64,000 bases of DNA from an uncultured Pelagibacteraceae bacterium (GCA_902545555.1 CACCGK010000002.1:20602-84601); one strand, 5' to 3'; counted from the stretch's first letter, positions 19,859-29,675 are shown. Numbers and translations are program-made. Notes: generated from the letters alone by a model not told the origin.

Positions 19859-21283
19859 ATGAATTTAAAAAAAATAATAATTTTATTAATTTTAATGATA
19901 CCAAATATTGTTAATGCTGATTTTTTTGAGGACATAACTTATAAAATTTTAGATAACCCTAAAAGGCTTAGCTACGGAGTTTCAGTTGCAGATATTGATC
20001 AAAATGGAAAATATGAATTCATAGTCACAGGATTCGGCTATCCAAATTTGGCTTTAACACATGATAATGGGAAATTAATTAATATTGCCAATCAAAGTAT
20101 ATTTTCTGACGAATTTAGAAAAACCATTGGGGTTGCAGCATGTGATGTTGATAAAGACGGATATGAAGAAATATATTTTCTGAACACAGATACTTATAGT
20201 GGCACAAAAAAATATTCTGACAGACTCATAGATTTGGATGGAAATAAGTTTTTAGACATGTTCGAAATTGAAAAAAATAAAGAGGATTTAAATTTAACAG
20301 CAGGTAGGTCTGTCGCTTGTGTGGACAGAAAAGGTAATGGTGCCTATGGTCTATATGTTTCAAATTATGGAGGACCAACAAGATTTTATGAAATTGAGGA
20401 TAAAAAGATTAAAGATAAGTCAATTAATTTGAATTTAGATAAGGTCACTGGTGGAAGAGCAGTTGTTTCAGGACATATTTTAAGTGATAGATCAGACATT
20501 TTTGCAGCAAATGAGAGAGGTGCAAACTTTCTTTTAAAAAATAATAATGGAGTTTTTGAAGAAGTAGCGTTTGATTATCGAGTAGATGATGTAATTCAGA
20601 ATGGAAGAGGAACTGCACTAGCTGATATACTTTATCGTGGAAGGTTAGATATAATAAGCGGAAACTGGCAGGGTTATCATAGAGCTTACGTTTTACAAAA
20701 TAATCAATTTAAAGACATAGGTAGTAGCAAGTTTGATAAACCTTCTAGAATTCGAACAATTATATCTGCTGATTTTGATAATGATGGTTATGATGAAGTC
20801 TTTATGAACAACATAGCTGAGCCTAACAAGTTATTTAAAATAAAAAAGAATGGAGTCTTTGAAGAAATAATAATGGAAACAGGCCTTGAGACAGATGGGT
20901 TTGGAACAGGCGCTGCAGTTGCTGACATTGATGATGATGGTATTTTAGAATTACTAGTGTCCCGCGGCGAAAGTAAAGAACAACCATTAACCCTATACAA
21001 AGCAAAAGTTGATAAGCAGAGAAAATATTTAAGAATTAAACCTATTAACAAATTTGGTGCTCCAGCGAGAGGTGCAACAGTTACATTAATTACTAATCAA
21101 AGAAAACACGCAAAAACTATTGATGCTGGATCAGGATATTTGTGTCAAATGGAGCCTGTGGCACATTATGGAATTAGAAAAAATGAAAAAGATTTTAAAG
21201 TAGAAGTCAAATGGACCAATGGTACTAAAAGTTTAATAAAAATAAATTCGTTAAATCAAGCTATCATTGTAAAACAAAAATGA
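19859..21283 (+). CDS. Secreted CRTAC1-like FG-GAP repeat / ASPIC-UnbV protein
   Basis: Signal peptide; repeated DxDxDG loops (DIDQNG, DVDKDG, DFDNDG, DIDDDG); C-terminal IDAGSGYLCQMEPVAHYG. Confidence 0.88.
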   Translation: MNLKKIIILLILMIPNIVNADFFEDITYKILDNPKRLSYGVSVADIDQNGKYEFIVTGFGYPNLALTHDNGKLINIANQSIFSDEFRKTIGVAACDVDKDGYEEIYFLNTDTYSGTKKYSDRLIDLDGNKFLDMFEIEKNKEDLNLTAGRSVACVDRKGNGAYGLYVSNYGGPTRFYEIEDKKIKDKSINLNLDKVTGGRAVVSGHILSDRSDIFAANERGANFLLKNNNGVFEEVAFDYRVDDVIQNGRGTALADILYRGRLDIISGNWQGYHRAYVLQNNQFKDIGSSKFDKPSRIRTIISADFDNDGYDEVFMNNIAEPNKLFKIKKNGVFEEIIMETGLETDGFGTGAAVADIDDDGILELLVSRGESKEQPLTLYKAKVDKQRKYLRIKPINKFGAPARGATVTLITNQRKHAKTIDAGSGYLCQMEPVAHYGIRKNEKDFKVEVKWTNGTKSLIKINSLNQAIIVKQK

Positions 21284-21969
21284 AAAAAAATTTATTCAAA
21301 CTAATCTTATTTTTTTTTATAATTTTTCAACTTGAGTCACTCGCAGAAGAAAAAAATTATCATAAAGAGTTAATTACTGATTGGTCTAGAATATTTCCAG
21401 ATCAAAATAGAAATGCAGCTGGGCCAAAGTTTTTTAAATATATTATTGATAAAGAAATTACTTATAAAGATTTTAAAGAATATAATAAATTATATTGTGC
21501 AGTTTCTGGATCATTAATTGATCCTAATGGTGAACCAGATTTTATATTTGTTAAGGAGAGCAAAACAGGGAAGAAAATTTGTGGTGATTATTATAAGTGC
21601 TGTATACCTTGTTCTTGTGATATAATGAAATATTCCGAAGTTGAAAAAATGAAACACAAATTTTCGGATGGTTTGAATGAATTTTATGTGTTCACAATCA
21701 AGAATCCTTGTAAAAAAAAAGATTTTCCTGACAGAGTAAATAAAGATTACTTCTGTGATGGAGAAAAAATCAATAATAATCAAGTCTATAATCTAAATGG
21801 TCGAATAGTAATAGGTTTATTACATGAGGGAAGAAGCTGTAAAAAAGAAGAGTTAGATTTTGTAAAGAGTCATCAAGTAACTGGAAGATTTTGTGAACTA
21901 CGAAATAGTACTCCACTAGATAGTTTAAAAACAGGAATGGGTGATATTTTTATTAAGTTAGCTAGGTAG
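21280..21969 (+). CDS. Secreted cysteine-rich hypothetical protein
   Basis: Signal peptide; 10 Cys including YKCCIPCSCD; start overlaps the upstream stop. Confidence 0.7.
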   Translation: MKKNLFKLILFFFIIFQLESLAEEKNYHKELITDWSRIFPDQNRNAAGPKFFKYIIDKEITYKDFKEYNKLYCAVSGSLIDPNGEPDFIFVKESKTGKKICGDYYKCCIPCSCDIMKYSEVEKMKHKFSDGLNEFYVFTIKNPCKKKDFPDRVNKDYFCDGEKINNNQVYNLNGRIVIGLLHEGRSCKKEELDFVKSHQVTGRFCELRNSTPLDSLKTGMGDIFIKLAR

Positions 21970-21979
21970 TTAAAAACAG

Positions 21980-22717
21980 GTGAGTAAAGAGAAAAATTTT
22001 AAAAGATACATTTCATTTAAACAAGAAAGATTTTTGGGCACTCTTGTACATTTATTAACTGGTTTTGGTATTGTAGCAGGTTTTTTTTCTTTAATTTCTG
22101 TTTTGAATAATAATCAAAAAGATGCTTTTCTTTGGCTCGGACTTGCATTTTTAATTGATAGTATTGATGGAACGTTAGCAAGAAAATTTGATGTAAAAAA
22201 AAATTTACCTAATATTGATGGTAAAATGTTAGATAGCATAATTGATTTTTTTAATTATGTTATAATACCCTCTATAATGATTTACTGGTTTAACTATGTA
22301 CCAGATCAGTTTATTGTATTAATTCCTGTAATCTTGATTTTTATATCTATTTACTCTTATGTAAATTTGAACATTTTAACAAATGATAATTACTATAATG
22401 GTTTCCCTGCAATCTGGAATGTTGTTGTTTTATATTTTTACATCTTTGGAACAAGCCAGAATTTTAATTTATTATTTTTAATTTTATTAATATTACTTAA
22501 ATTTTCTCCTTTAAAATGCATTCATCCTTTAAGAGTAAAAAAATTAAAATATTTATCAATTTTTTTCACAATTGTTTGGTTCATGATGTCAGTTTTATTA
22601 ATTATAATAAAGGATTCAGATATAAACCCTGTTTATGAAATTTTTTTAATGTTCTTATGGGTTGTATCAAATATTTATTTTATTACGGTGAGTATATTTA
22701 AAACATTCACCAATTAA
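21980..22717 (+). CDS. pcs: Phosphatidylcholine synthase (CDP-alcohol phosphatidyltransferase)
   Basis: VHLLTG, DSIDGTLARKFDVKKNLPNIDGKMLDSIIDFFNYV, GFPAIWN, IHPLRV. Confidence 0.82.
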   Translation: MSKEKNFKRYISFKQERFLGTLVHLLTGFGIVAGFFSLISVLNNNQKDAFLWLGLAFLIDSIDGTLARKFDVKKNLPNIDGKMLDSIIDFFNYVIIPSIMIYWFNYVPDQFIVLIPVILIFISIYSYVNLNILTNDNYYNGFPAIWNVVVLYFYIFGTSQNFNLLFLILLILLKFSPLKCIHPLRVKKLKYLSIFFTIVWFMMSVLLIIIKDSDINPVYEIFLMFLWVVSNIYFITVSIFKTFTN

Positions 22718-22777
22718 ATTAGCTAGATAAATTTATTTAATTTGTTCAGTAAAGTGTTTTGAGCTAAGGTTGAATTA

Positions 22778-23497
22778 GTGAACATAATAGTATTACAGCA
22801 TATTAAGATAGAAGATCCAGGATACATTAAAGATTTAATGTTGGCTGATGGATTTCAACTTACCACTATTGAATTAGATGAAGGTGAAAAAATACCAGAG
22901 GATTTAGGCGAATTTGATGGAATGTTTTGCATGGGAGGACCAATGGATACCTATATGGAACAAGAATATCCTTGGTTAATAGAAGAAAAAAAAAGAATTA
23001 AAGAATTTGTTGTAGATCTAAAGAAACCTTATTTAGGTTTTTGTTTAGGTTGTCAGCTTTTGGGAGAAGTAGTGGGTGGAAAAGTGGTTAAATCTAAACC
23101 AGCGGAAATTGGTATTATGGATATAAATTTCTCTAGTGAAAAAAATATAGATAAATTGTTTTCAAAATTTCCTGATACAATTAAAAGTTTACAATGGCAT
23201 TCATATGAGGTTCAGGGTATTGAAAATAATAAAGATGTAACTTTATTAGCCTCTTCACCAATCACAAAGTATCAAATTTTTAAATATCAAAATCATGCTT
23301 ATGGAATTCAATTTCATATAGAAATAAAAGATAGTACGGTAAATGAATGGGGGTGTGTTCCGGAATATAAAAAAGCTTTGGAAGAGCAGCTTGGCAATGG
23401 TGCATTAGAAAAGTTTGACCAATCTGCAAAAGATAATATGAAAGATATGAATAATTACTCTACAATCCTTTATGATAATTTTAAAAAACTTTTATGA
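22778..23497 (+). CDS. Class I glutamine amidotransferase-like protein
   Basis: MGGPM, GFCLGCQ, QWH, GIQFHIE (Cys-His-Glu triad). Confidence 0.9.
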   Translation: MNIIVLQHIKIEDPGYIKDLMLADGFQLTTIELDEGEKIPEDLGEFDGMFCMGGPMDTYMEQEYPWLIEEKKRIKEFVVDLKKPYLGFCLGCQLLGEVVGGKVVKSKPAEIGIMDINFSSEKNIDKLFSKFPDTIKSLQWHSYEVQGIENNKDVTLLASSPITKYQIFKYQNHAYGIQFHIEIKDSTVNEWGCVPEYKKALEEQLGNGALEKFDQSAKDNMKDMNNYSTILYDNFKKLL

Positions 23498-23715
23498 ATA
23501 ATAAAATTTTTGAATGGGCAGGGGTTATAACTGCAATATTGTATTCTTTGTTTGTCGCTTTAAATATAGGCATAGAATTTTTTGGCTTTTGTCTACTGTT
23601 ATTGTCAGCTATTTTAATTGGAATTTGGGCCTATAGAGGTGGTCACAAAGGAATTTTATTTTTGCAATTTTTTTATGCAACCGCTGGAATTATTGGGATG
23701 GTTCGTTGGTTTTAA
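23494..23715 (+). CDS. Small membrane hypothetical protein
   Basis: 73 aa with three hydrophobic segments; start overlaps the upstream stop. Confidence 0.6.
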   Translation: MNNKIFEWAGVITAILYSLFVALNIGIEFFGFCLLLLSAILIGIWAYRGGHKGILFLQFFYATAGIIGMVRWF

Positions 23716-24851
23716 TTAAAGCTTGAAATTATTTTAGGAATATAATTTTTAAAATTAAAAAAACCTTTATTACAGTATTGCCAAGCTAATTGATCAAGAT
23801 TTCTATATAAAAAATCTATCTTTAAATTACTAGAATTTAAAAAATCTAAATTTTCACCTACATTTGGATACAAACTGTAATAATTTTCAATATTTGTTAA
23901 TTCGCTTATATCTATAATTTGACAATCAATAGATTTATTTTTTAATCTTTTTTCTTGGTCTTCTATTAAATGAGATTTAAATTTCACTAACTTTTCACTG
24001 AGTTTTATTGCTCTATTTTCATTTTTATTAGAAATTAAATAAATTTTCTTAAAGTTGTTTTCCTTAAAGTCAGTGATTTCAAACGAGAGATTATTTTCAA
24101 ATATTAAAAGATTCCTATTCTCAATCTTTTGTGGGTTATTGAAATCCTGTTTAATTATTTGGTAAGATTTTCCAGATACTTTTGGAGTAGCATTTTCATT
24201 TAATTTTATATTTTTAAATCTATTGTTAGTAAATTTTTTGATATTCCATTCTGTTGCAAGGTAGTGTTTTCCTTGAGTTTGAACACCTGCAACCCATCTC
24301 CAGCCAAGAGTATTTGATGCAGCATCTCCATCATAAAGATGTTTCATGAAAAATTCTGCACCTAATTGCCAAGGCAATTCCAAAGTAAAAATCCAAATAC
24401 TAGCAAACCACATTCTTGTGTGATTATGCAAATAATTGTTTTCTTTAAGCTCTTTCACCCACTCATTAAAGCAATCTATATTTGTCTTTCCCTCAATTGC
24501 ATTAAGATAATTTTGATTATTTTGAAAATCATTTCTAATTTGATTTAGTTCAACAAGGTAATCTGCCCAAACATTCGGTCTTAGTTCTAACCAACCCTTC
24601 CAATAAATTCGCCATAGAACTTCTTGAATAAACTTTTCATTTTTTGAAAAAGAAAATTTACTGAGCGCTTTCAGAATGACTTCTTGTTCAGTAATTATTC
24701 CATGGGTTATGTATGGTGATAGGCAAGATATATTAGTTCTTTTTTCAGGCCCAAAATCAAAATTTCTTAATTTTGAATACTCTCCAAGATTATTATCAAC
24801 AAACTTATTTAACTGATTTAAGGCCTTAGGCCTTGAAGCTTCAAATATCAT
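23712..24851 (-). CDS. Photolyase with N-terminal FAD-binding domain (NewPHL / short photolyase-like)
   Basis: Begins directly with FAD-domain motifs: ISCLSPYITHG, KFIQEVLWR, YLHNHTRMWFASIW, LYDGDAASNTLGWRWVAG; about 150-aa C-terminal extension. Confidence 0.85.
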   Translation of the reverse strand: MIFEASRPKALNQLNKFVDNNLGEYSKLRNFDFGPEKRTNISCLSPYITHGIITEQEVILKALSKFSFSKNEKFIQEVLWRIYWKGWLELRPNVWADYLVELNQIRNDFQNNQNYLNAIEGKTNIDCFNEWVKELKENNYLHNHTRMWFASIWIFTLELPWQLGAEFFMKHLYDGDAASNTLGWRWVAGVQTQGKHYLATEWNIKKFTNNRFKNIKLNENATPKVSGKSYQIIKQDFNNPQKIENRNLLIFENNLSFEITDFKENNFKKIYLISNKNENRAIKLSEKLVKFKSHLIEDQEKRLKNKSIDCQIIDISELTNIENYYSLYPNVGENLDFLNSSNLKIDFLYRNLDQLAWQYCNKGFFNFKNYIPKIISSFN

Positions 24852-24857
24852 TTAAAA

Positions 24858-25238
24858 TTATTTTGATTTTTTTTTCTTTAGACCCAATTTGTCACTATGT
24901 CTTAGTCTTAAAACAACAATTGCTCCAGCTATTAACAAAATAGCTACTGCCTCATAAACAAGTGCAGTAGGATCCATTTCTTTGCCTTGTAGAATAATAA
25001 ATCGTGCAAGGGCGGTAATCGCAATAAGAAGTGGCAGGGTAATACTAATAGATTGTTGGTTCCAAAAAACCCTAACCATTGCTAGCACCTCCAAATAAAG
25101 AAACATTAAAAGCAAATCTGCTAATGTAACAGATTGATTTGAGAACATATTTTTCATTTCAATCCCAACAGCAATAACAGTGCTGATTAAAATAATAACC
25201 ATTAATGCTAACTGTAAGTTTTTTGCAATTTTATCCAT
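24858..25238 (-). CDS. PsiE family membrane protein
   Basis: LADLLLMFLYLEV, PLLIAITALARFIIL. Confidence 0.85.
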   Translation of the reverse strand: MDKIAKNLQLALMVIILISTVIAVGIEMKNMFSNQSVTLADLLLMFLYLEVLAMVRVFWNQQSISITLPLLIAITALARFIILQGKEMDPTALVYEAVAILLIAGAIVVLRLRHSDKLGLKKKKSK

Positions 25239-25696
25239 TATTTATCTTTACTAAAAGGTAACCATTTTTCAATTGCAGATTTTAAGGGACCATCATAAGG
25301 GATAGAATAAGAGTTCGGGTTTGGACTTGTCAAAACCTCAATTCCTTTTGAAAATACGAAAATAAATACTATTACAAAAACTATGACCATGATTTTAAAA
25401 GGATCAAAATTTTTTGTTTGAAAAACACTTGTAGACTTCTCTTCTGCTCTATGGAATTGTTTAAAAGTCATATAGACAGCAAATATTAAACCTATATGAG
25501 CTAAAAAAAGTCCAGCCCAACCAAATGCGAAAGTTGTGTAAGAAAAAACATATAAACTAAAAACAGTAGTCCAAATAAAACTTAAAACTAAAAGAATTTG
25601 TAATCTAACTGTCTTAGGAAGTGCACGTAGATCATTCTTACTATCATCAAATAAAATATTTGCAGCATCTCTCATCCAATTCTTTATTGATTCCAT
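25238..25696 (-). CDS. Hypothetical membrane protein
   Basis: 152 aa with three TM; stop overlaps the psiE-like start. Confidence 0.6.
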   Translation of the reverse strand: MESIKNWMRDAANILFDDSKNDLRALPKTVRLQILLVLSFIWTTVFSLYVFSYTTFAFGWAGLFLAHIGLIFAVYMTFKQFHRAEEKSTSVFQTKNFDPFKIMVIVFVIVFIFVFSKGIEVLTSPNPNSYSIPYDGPLKSAIEKWLPFSKDK

Positions 25697-25753
25697 GATA
25701 TAAGGATATAATTTTTAGTGATTTAAACAAATGTTAATTTGTCCTAAACATTA

Positions 25754-26941
25754 CTAAGAACGAAGCTTTTTTTTGTGAAAATTGATAAATCTTTCAACGT
25801 TAGATTTATTAAATGACTTATTTTCTTCAAATGAGACTTTTTTCATCGAGTAAGCACTGCTATTAGTAACTCTAGATTGAATTGTAGTATTTCCTTTATA
25901 CAATTTAAGTTTAACTGAGCCATTAACTTTGCTTCTTTTTAAATCTACAATTTTTTGAAGTTTAAATCTTTCTTTTGAATACCAATAACCATTGTAAATT
26001 AACTCTGCATATCTAGACATTATCTGATCTTTTTTATGCATAGTTTCTTTATCTAAAGTAACAGACTCAATCGCTCTATGAGCATTTATTAAAAGAGTCC
26101 CACCAGGTGTTTCATACACTCCTCTAGATTTAATACCTAAAAATCTATTTTCTACTAAATCAACTCTTCCAATTCCATTTTTGCCTGCTAGATCATTTAA
26201 CTTTGTTAATAATTTAGCTGGAGGTAATTTTTTTCCATTAATTCCAAATGGATCACCATTTTTAAAATTAATAGTAACAAAAGATGGTTTGTTAGGTGCT
26301 TTTTCAGGAGAAACTGTTCGTTGAAAAATAAATTCTGGAGCAGAATTTTTTGGATTTTCTAAAACCTTACCTTCAGTTGATGTATGAAATAAATTATCAT
26401 CCACTGAAAAAGGAGGTGCACCTTTTTTATCTTTAGGAATAGCTATGCCATATTTTTTTGCATAATTAATTAAGTCTGTTCTTGATTTTAATTTCCAAAT
26501 TCTCCACGGGGCTATGATTTTAATTTTGGAACCAAAATAATGATAGCCTAATTCAAATCTAACTTGGTCATTGCCTTTACCAGTTGCTCCGTGCGAAACT
26601 GCATAGGCTTTAAATTTTTTAGCTACTCTTATTTGATCTTTTGCAATAAGAGGTCTTGCTATTGATGTCCCCAATAAATAAACACCCTCATAGATCGCGT
26701 GTCCTCTGATCATGGGATAAACATAATCCTTAACAAAAATATCTTTTAAATCTTTAATAATTATATTTTTAACACCAAATTTTTTTGCATTAGTTATAAT
26801 TTTTTTTCTATCAATTTCTTGTCCGACATCCGCTGTATAACAAATTACATCTGCATCATAATTTTCTTGAAGCCATTTTAAAATTATAGAAGTATCGAGC
26901 CCTCCAGAATAAGCTAGAACAATTTTCTTTTTTGATTTCAT
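25754..26941 (-). CDS. argG: Argininosuccinate synthase
   Basis: LAYSGGLDTS, LGTSIARP, HGATGKGNDQVRF, KSRGVYETPGG. Confidence 0.97.
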   Translation of the reverse strand: MKSKKKIVLAYSGGLDTSIILKWLQENYDADVICYTADVGQEIDRKKIITNAKKFGVKNIIIKDLKDIFVKDYVYPMIRGHAIYEGVYLLGTSIARPLIAKDQIRVAKKFKAYAVSHGATGKGNDQVRFELGYHYFGSKIKIIAPWRIWKLKSRTDLINYAKKYGIAIPKDKKGAPPFSVDDNLFHTSTEGKVLENPKNSAPEFIFQRTVSPEKAPNKPSFVTINFKNGDPFGINGKKLPPAKLLTKLNDLAGKNGIGRVDLVENRFLGIKSRGVYETPGGTLLINAHRAIESVTLDKETMHKKDQIMSRYAELIYNGYWYSKERFKLQKIVDLKRSKVNGSVKLKLYKGNTTIQSRVTNSSAYSMKKVSFEENKSFNKSNVERFINFHKKKLRS

Positions 26942-26945
26942 TGAA

Positions 26946-27458
26946 TTAACTACAAGCTTTTCTTGAAGCGTTATAAGCTTTAGTAAATCCTAGTAATGAG
27001 TAATGATCAATTGTTTGAGAACCTTCTTGATTGTATCCAGTAATCATAATTCTAGATCCTTTTCTCATTTGTTTGATCATTTTTTGTTCAATTCTATTGT
27101 CAGCAATCCATGCAAAACCTTGTTCTTTAATATCAAATTTAAATTTATTTTTTCCTGAAGCAGCAGTTACTGAATTATTTTTATTAAATTCATAACCCGG
27201 GGTAACACTTACTTCATTTTTTATGTTGTCGTTTGGTCTGAATGCTACAAATAATTTTGCATCTCTTTTATTTGTTTTCGGAGCTTGCAAAATAGGTAAA
27301 GATTGCGCAAAGCATACTTTACCGTCAGCATCCATAACGATCATTGCCTCCCAATCTTTATATTTACCAATTTTTTTAATTTCCTGAGCTGAAACTTGAG
27401 CAACACCACTTATAAAAAATATTCCTAACAATATTGTAATTTTTTTAATTATGGACAT
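26946..27458 (-). CDS. Invasion-associated locus B (IalB) family secreted protein
   Basis: Signal peptide; YKDW..CFA; QMRKGS; YSLLGFTKAY...C. Confidence 0.8.
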   Translation of the reverse strand: MSIIKKITILLGIFFISGVAQVSAQEIKKIGKYKDWEAMIVMDADGKVCFAQSLPILQAPKTNKRDAKLFVAFRPNDNIKNEVSVTPGYEFNKNNSVTAASGKNKFKFDIKEQGFAWIADNRIEQKMIKQMRKGSRIMITGYNQEGSQTIDHYSLLGFTKAYNASRKACS

Positions 27459-28483
27459 GGATTTGGATAAATTGTTTGTACGTGGTTAATTTCTTTAATG
27501 ATATCATCAGATAAGTTTACATTTACACTTTCTATATTTGTTTTCAACTGCTCCATTGTAGTTGCTCCAATTATTACACTAGTCATAAAGTCTTGGATTT
27601 CACAAAATTTTATCGCCATTTGACTCATATCTAGATCAAACTTTTCACTAATTTTATAATAATGTTCAACGGCATCCTCGGTATTTGGCTTTCTATACCT
27701 TGTCCAGAAATCGAAATCTCTCTGCATTCTTGATCCTTTGGGGAAATTCTTATTTCTATACTTTCCACTTAAATATCCACTTGCTAATGGTGAGTAAGCT
27801 AAGCAGCCAATATTTTCTCTTATAGAAACTTCAGCTAGTCCAACTTCGTAAGATCTATTTAATAAACTATAGGGATTTTGGATTGACATCATTCTTGGTA
27901 ACTTTTTATCTTTGGATAACTGAAGATAATTTAAAACTCCCCATGGGGTCTCGTTTGATAAACCAACATATCTTATTTTTCCCTGATCAATATATTTATT
28001 TAACTCTGCAAGAACATCTTCAAATTTATTCCATTCATTTTCTTTATGAACATAACCAAGTTTTCCAAAATTATTTACATTTCTTTCTGGCCAATGAAGT
28101 TGATATAAATCTATATAATTAGTTTTAAGTCTTTTAAGACTGTCATTTAAAGCAGATTCTAAGTTTGGACCTGTAAAACTATTTTCTCCACTTCTTAAAT
28201 AATCTCTTGCTGGACCAGCAACTTTTGTTGCAAGGATAACATTGTCTCTTTTTTTTGTTTTTTCAAACCAGTTACCAATTATTTCTTCTGTATCACCATA
28301 GGTTTCTTTTCTCGGAGGTACTGCATATAATTCTGCTGTGTCCCAAAAGTTTACTCCTTGATCTAAAGCAAAATCCATTTGTTCAAATGCTTCAAGCTCA
28401 GTATTTTGCTCTCCCCAAGTCATAGTACCGAGACAAATTGTACTTACTTTAATATCAGTATTACCTAAATTTTTGTAATTCAT
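27449..28483 (-). CDS. tas: Aldo/keto reductase, Tas-like
   Basis: CLGTMTWGEQN, DTAELY, LATKV, DLYQLHWPER, SIQNPYSLLNR. Confidence 0.88.
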   Translation of the reverse strand: MNYKNLGNTDIKVSTICLGTMTWGEQNTELEAFEQMDFALDQGVNFWDTAELYAVPPRKETYGDTEEIIGNWFEKTKKRDNVILATKVAGPARDYLRSGENSFTGPNLESALNDSLKRLKTNYIDLYQLHWPERNVNNFGKLGYVHKENEWNKFEDVLAELNKYIDQGKIRYVGLSNETPWGVLNYLQLSKDKKLPRMMSIQNPYSLLNRSYEVGLAEVSIRENIGCLAYSPLASGYLSGKYRNKNFPKGSRMQRDFDFWTRYRKPNTEDAVEHYYKISEKFDLDMSQMAIKFCEIQDFMTSVIIGATTMEQLKTNIESVNVNLSDDIIKEINHVQTIYPNPCP

Positions 28484-28525
28484 TAGAAATATTAAGTTAA
28501 ATTTTTTGTTAATCTTTTAAGGTAT

Positions 28526-28556
28526 CTTGAATAATTAGTAAAAGAATATATATATT
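28526..28556 (+). promoter_or_regulatory. Putative promoter of the Bax inhibitor-1 gene, probably leaderless
   Basis: CTTGAAT...TATATT, ending 7 nt before ATG 28564; no SD. Confidence 0.4.
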
Positions 28557-28563
28557 ACTCATT

Positions 28564-29325
28564 ATGAAATTTGATAAAAACGGAATACTAAATAGAGCAA
28601 AAGCAGCACAACAATCGGCTGCTGTAATGGATGAAGGCTTAAGAGCCTACATGCTAAAAGTTTATAACTACATGGCAACAGGTGTATTGCTTACTGGAAT
28701 AGTAGCACTATTAACATTTAAAATGTCTGTTGTTACTAATGATGCAGGTTCAATCGTTGGTCTAACGCAGATGGGGAATGCAATTTATTTATCAGGTCTT
28801 AAATGGCTTGTAATGTTAGCTCCTCTAGGTATCGTTTTTTACATGAGTTTTGGAATTAATAAGATGAGTGCATCAAAAGCACAAACTACATTTTGGGTTT
28901 TCGCAGCTTTGATGGGTCTATCTTTGTCTTCAATCTTATTAGTTTACACTGGAATGAGTGTGACAAGAGTTTTCTTCATTACATCTGCAACATTTGGAGC
29001 GATGAGTATTTATGGATATACAACTAAAAGAGATCTTACAAAGTTTGGATCTTTTTTAATCATGGGTCTAATTGGAATAATTATAGCTTCAATTGTTAAT
29101 ATCTTTATGAAATCTTCTATGATGTATTTTGTGATTTCAATTTTAGGTGTTTTAATATTTGTTGGTTTAACAGCTTATGACACTCAAAAAATCAAAAATA
29201 TGTATGTTGTATCAGACTCAGGCGAGATAATGGGCAAGAAAGCTGTAATGGGCGCTTTAACTTTATATCTAGATTTTATCAATCTATTTATAATGTTGTT
29301 AAGACTATTTGGGCAAAGAAGATAA
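28564..29325 (+). CDS. Bax inhibitor-1/YccA family protein
   Basis: DEGLRAYMLKVYNYM, GYTTKRDL, LTAYDTQKIK, GALTLYLDFINLF. Confidence 0.93.
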   Translation: MKFDKNGILNRAKAAQQSAAVMDEGLRAYMLKVYNYMATGVLLTGIVALLTFKMSVVTNDAGSIVGLTQMGNAIYLSGLKWLVMLAPLGIVFYMSFGINKMSASKAQTTFWVFAALMGLSLSSILLVYTGMSVTRVFFITSATFGAMSIYGYTTKRDLTKFGSFLIMGLIGIIIASIVNIFMKSSMMYFVISILGVLIFVGLTAYDTQKIKNMYVVSDSGEIMGKKAVMGALTLYLDFINLFIMLLRLFGQRR

Positions 29326-29327
29326 AT

Positions 29328-29675
29328 TTATTTTTGAAGTTTCTTCCAGTTAGTATTTTTTAATAAAATCTTAAGATCGTAAGAATTTTTTAATATCTTA
29401 CCACTTGTATCAGTAATCAAATATTTAAGATTTTTATTTCTAGGCTTAAAATTTTTACAAATTTTATATAGGGCGTTTTCAGCAGCATTTCTAAAAACGC
29501 TAAAACCCACTTGTTTACTAGAGATACTTAAACCGTAATCTTTCCAAGAACCTTCAGAAACCATCTTAGCATATAAGTCTAATATAATTTTTAGCTCATC
29601 TTTTTCAAAAAAATGTTTTTCTTCTATTTTATTATGAGGATTATTTACTACTAATTTTAAATTACTACGCATCAA
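29328..29675 (-). CDS. DUF2794 family protein
   Basis: FEKDELKIILDLYAKMVSEGSWKDYG, FSVFR. Confidence 0.8.
   Translation of the reverse strand: MMRSNLKLVVNNPHNKIEEKHFFEKDELKIILDLYAKMVSEGSWKDYGLSISSKQVGFSVFRNAAENALYKICKNFKPRNKNLKYLITDTSGKILKNSYDLKILLKNTNWKKLQK

Noticed and set aside
22778-23497. GATase considered as guaA
   Set aside because: Only the glutaminase domain is present; no ATP pyrophosphatase domain
4829-23715. Convergent gene overlaps without terminators (4829-4832, 15443-15448, 23712-23715)
   Set aside because: Ordinary consequence of genome streamlining
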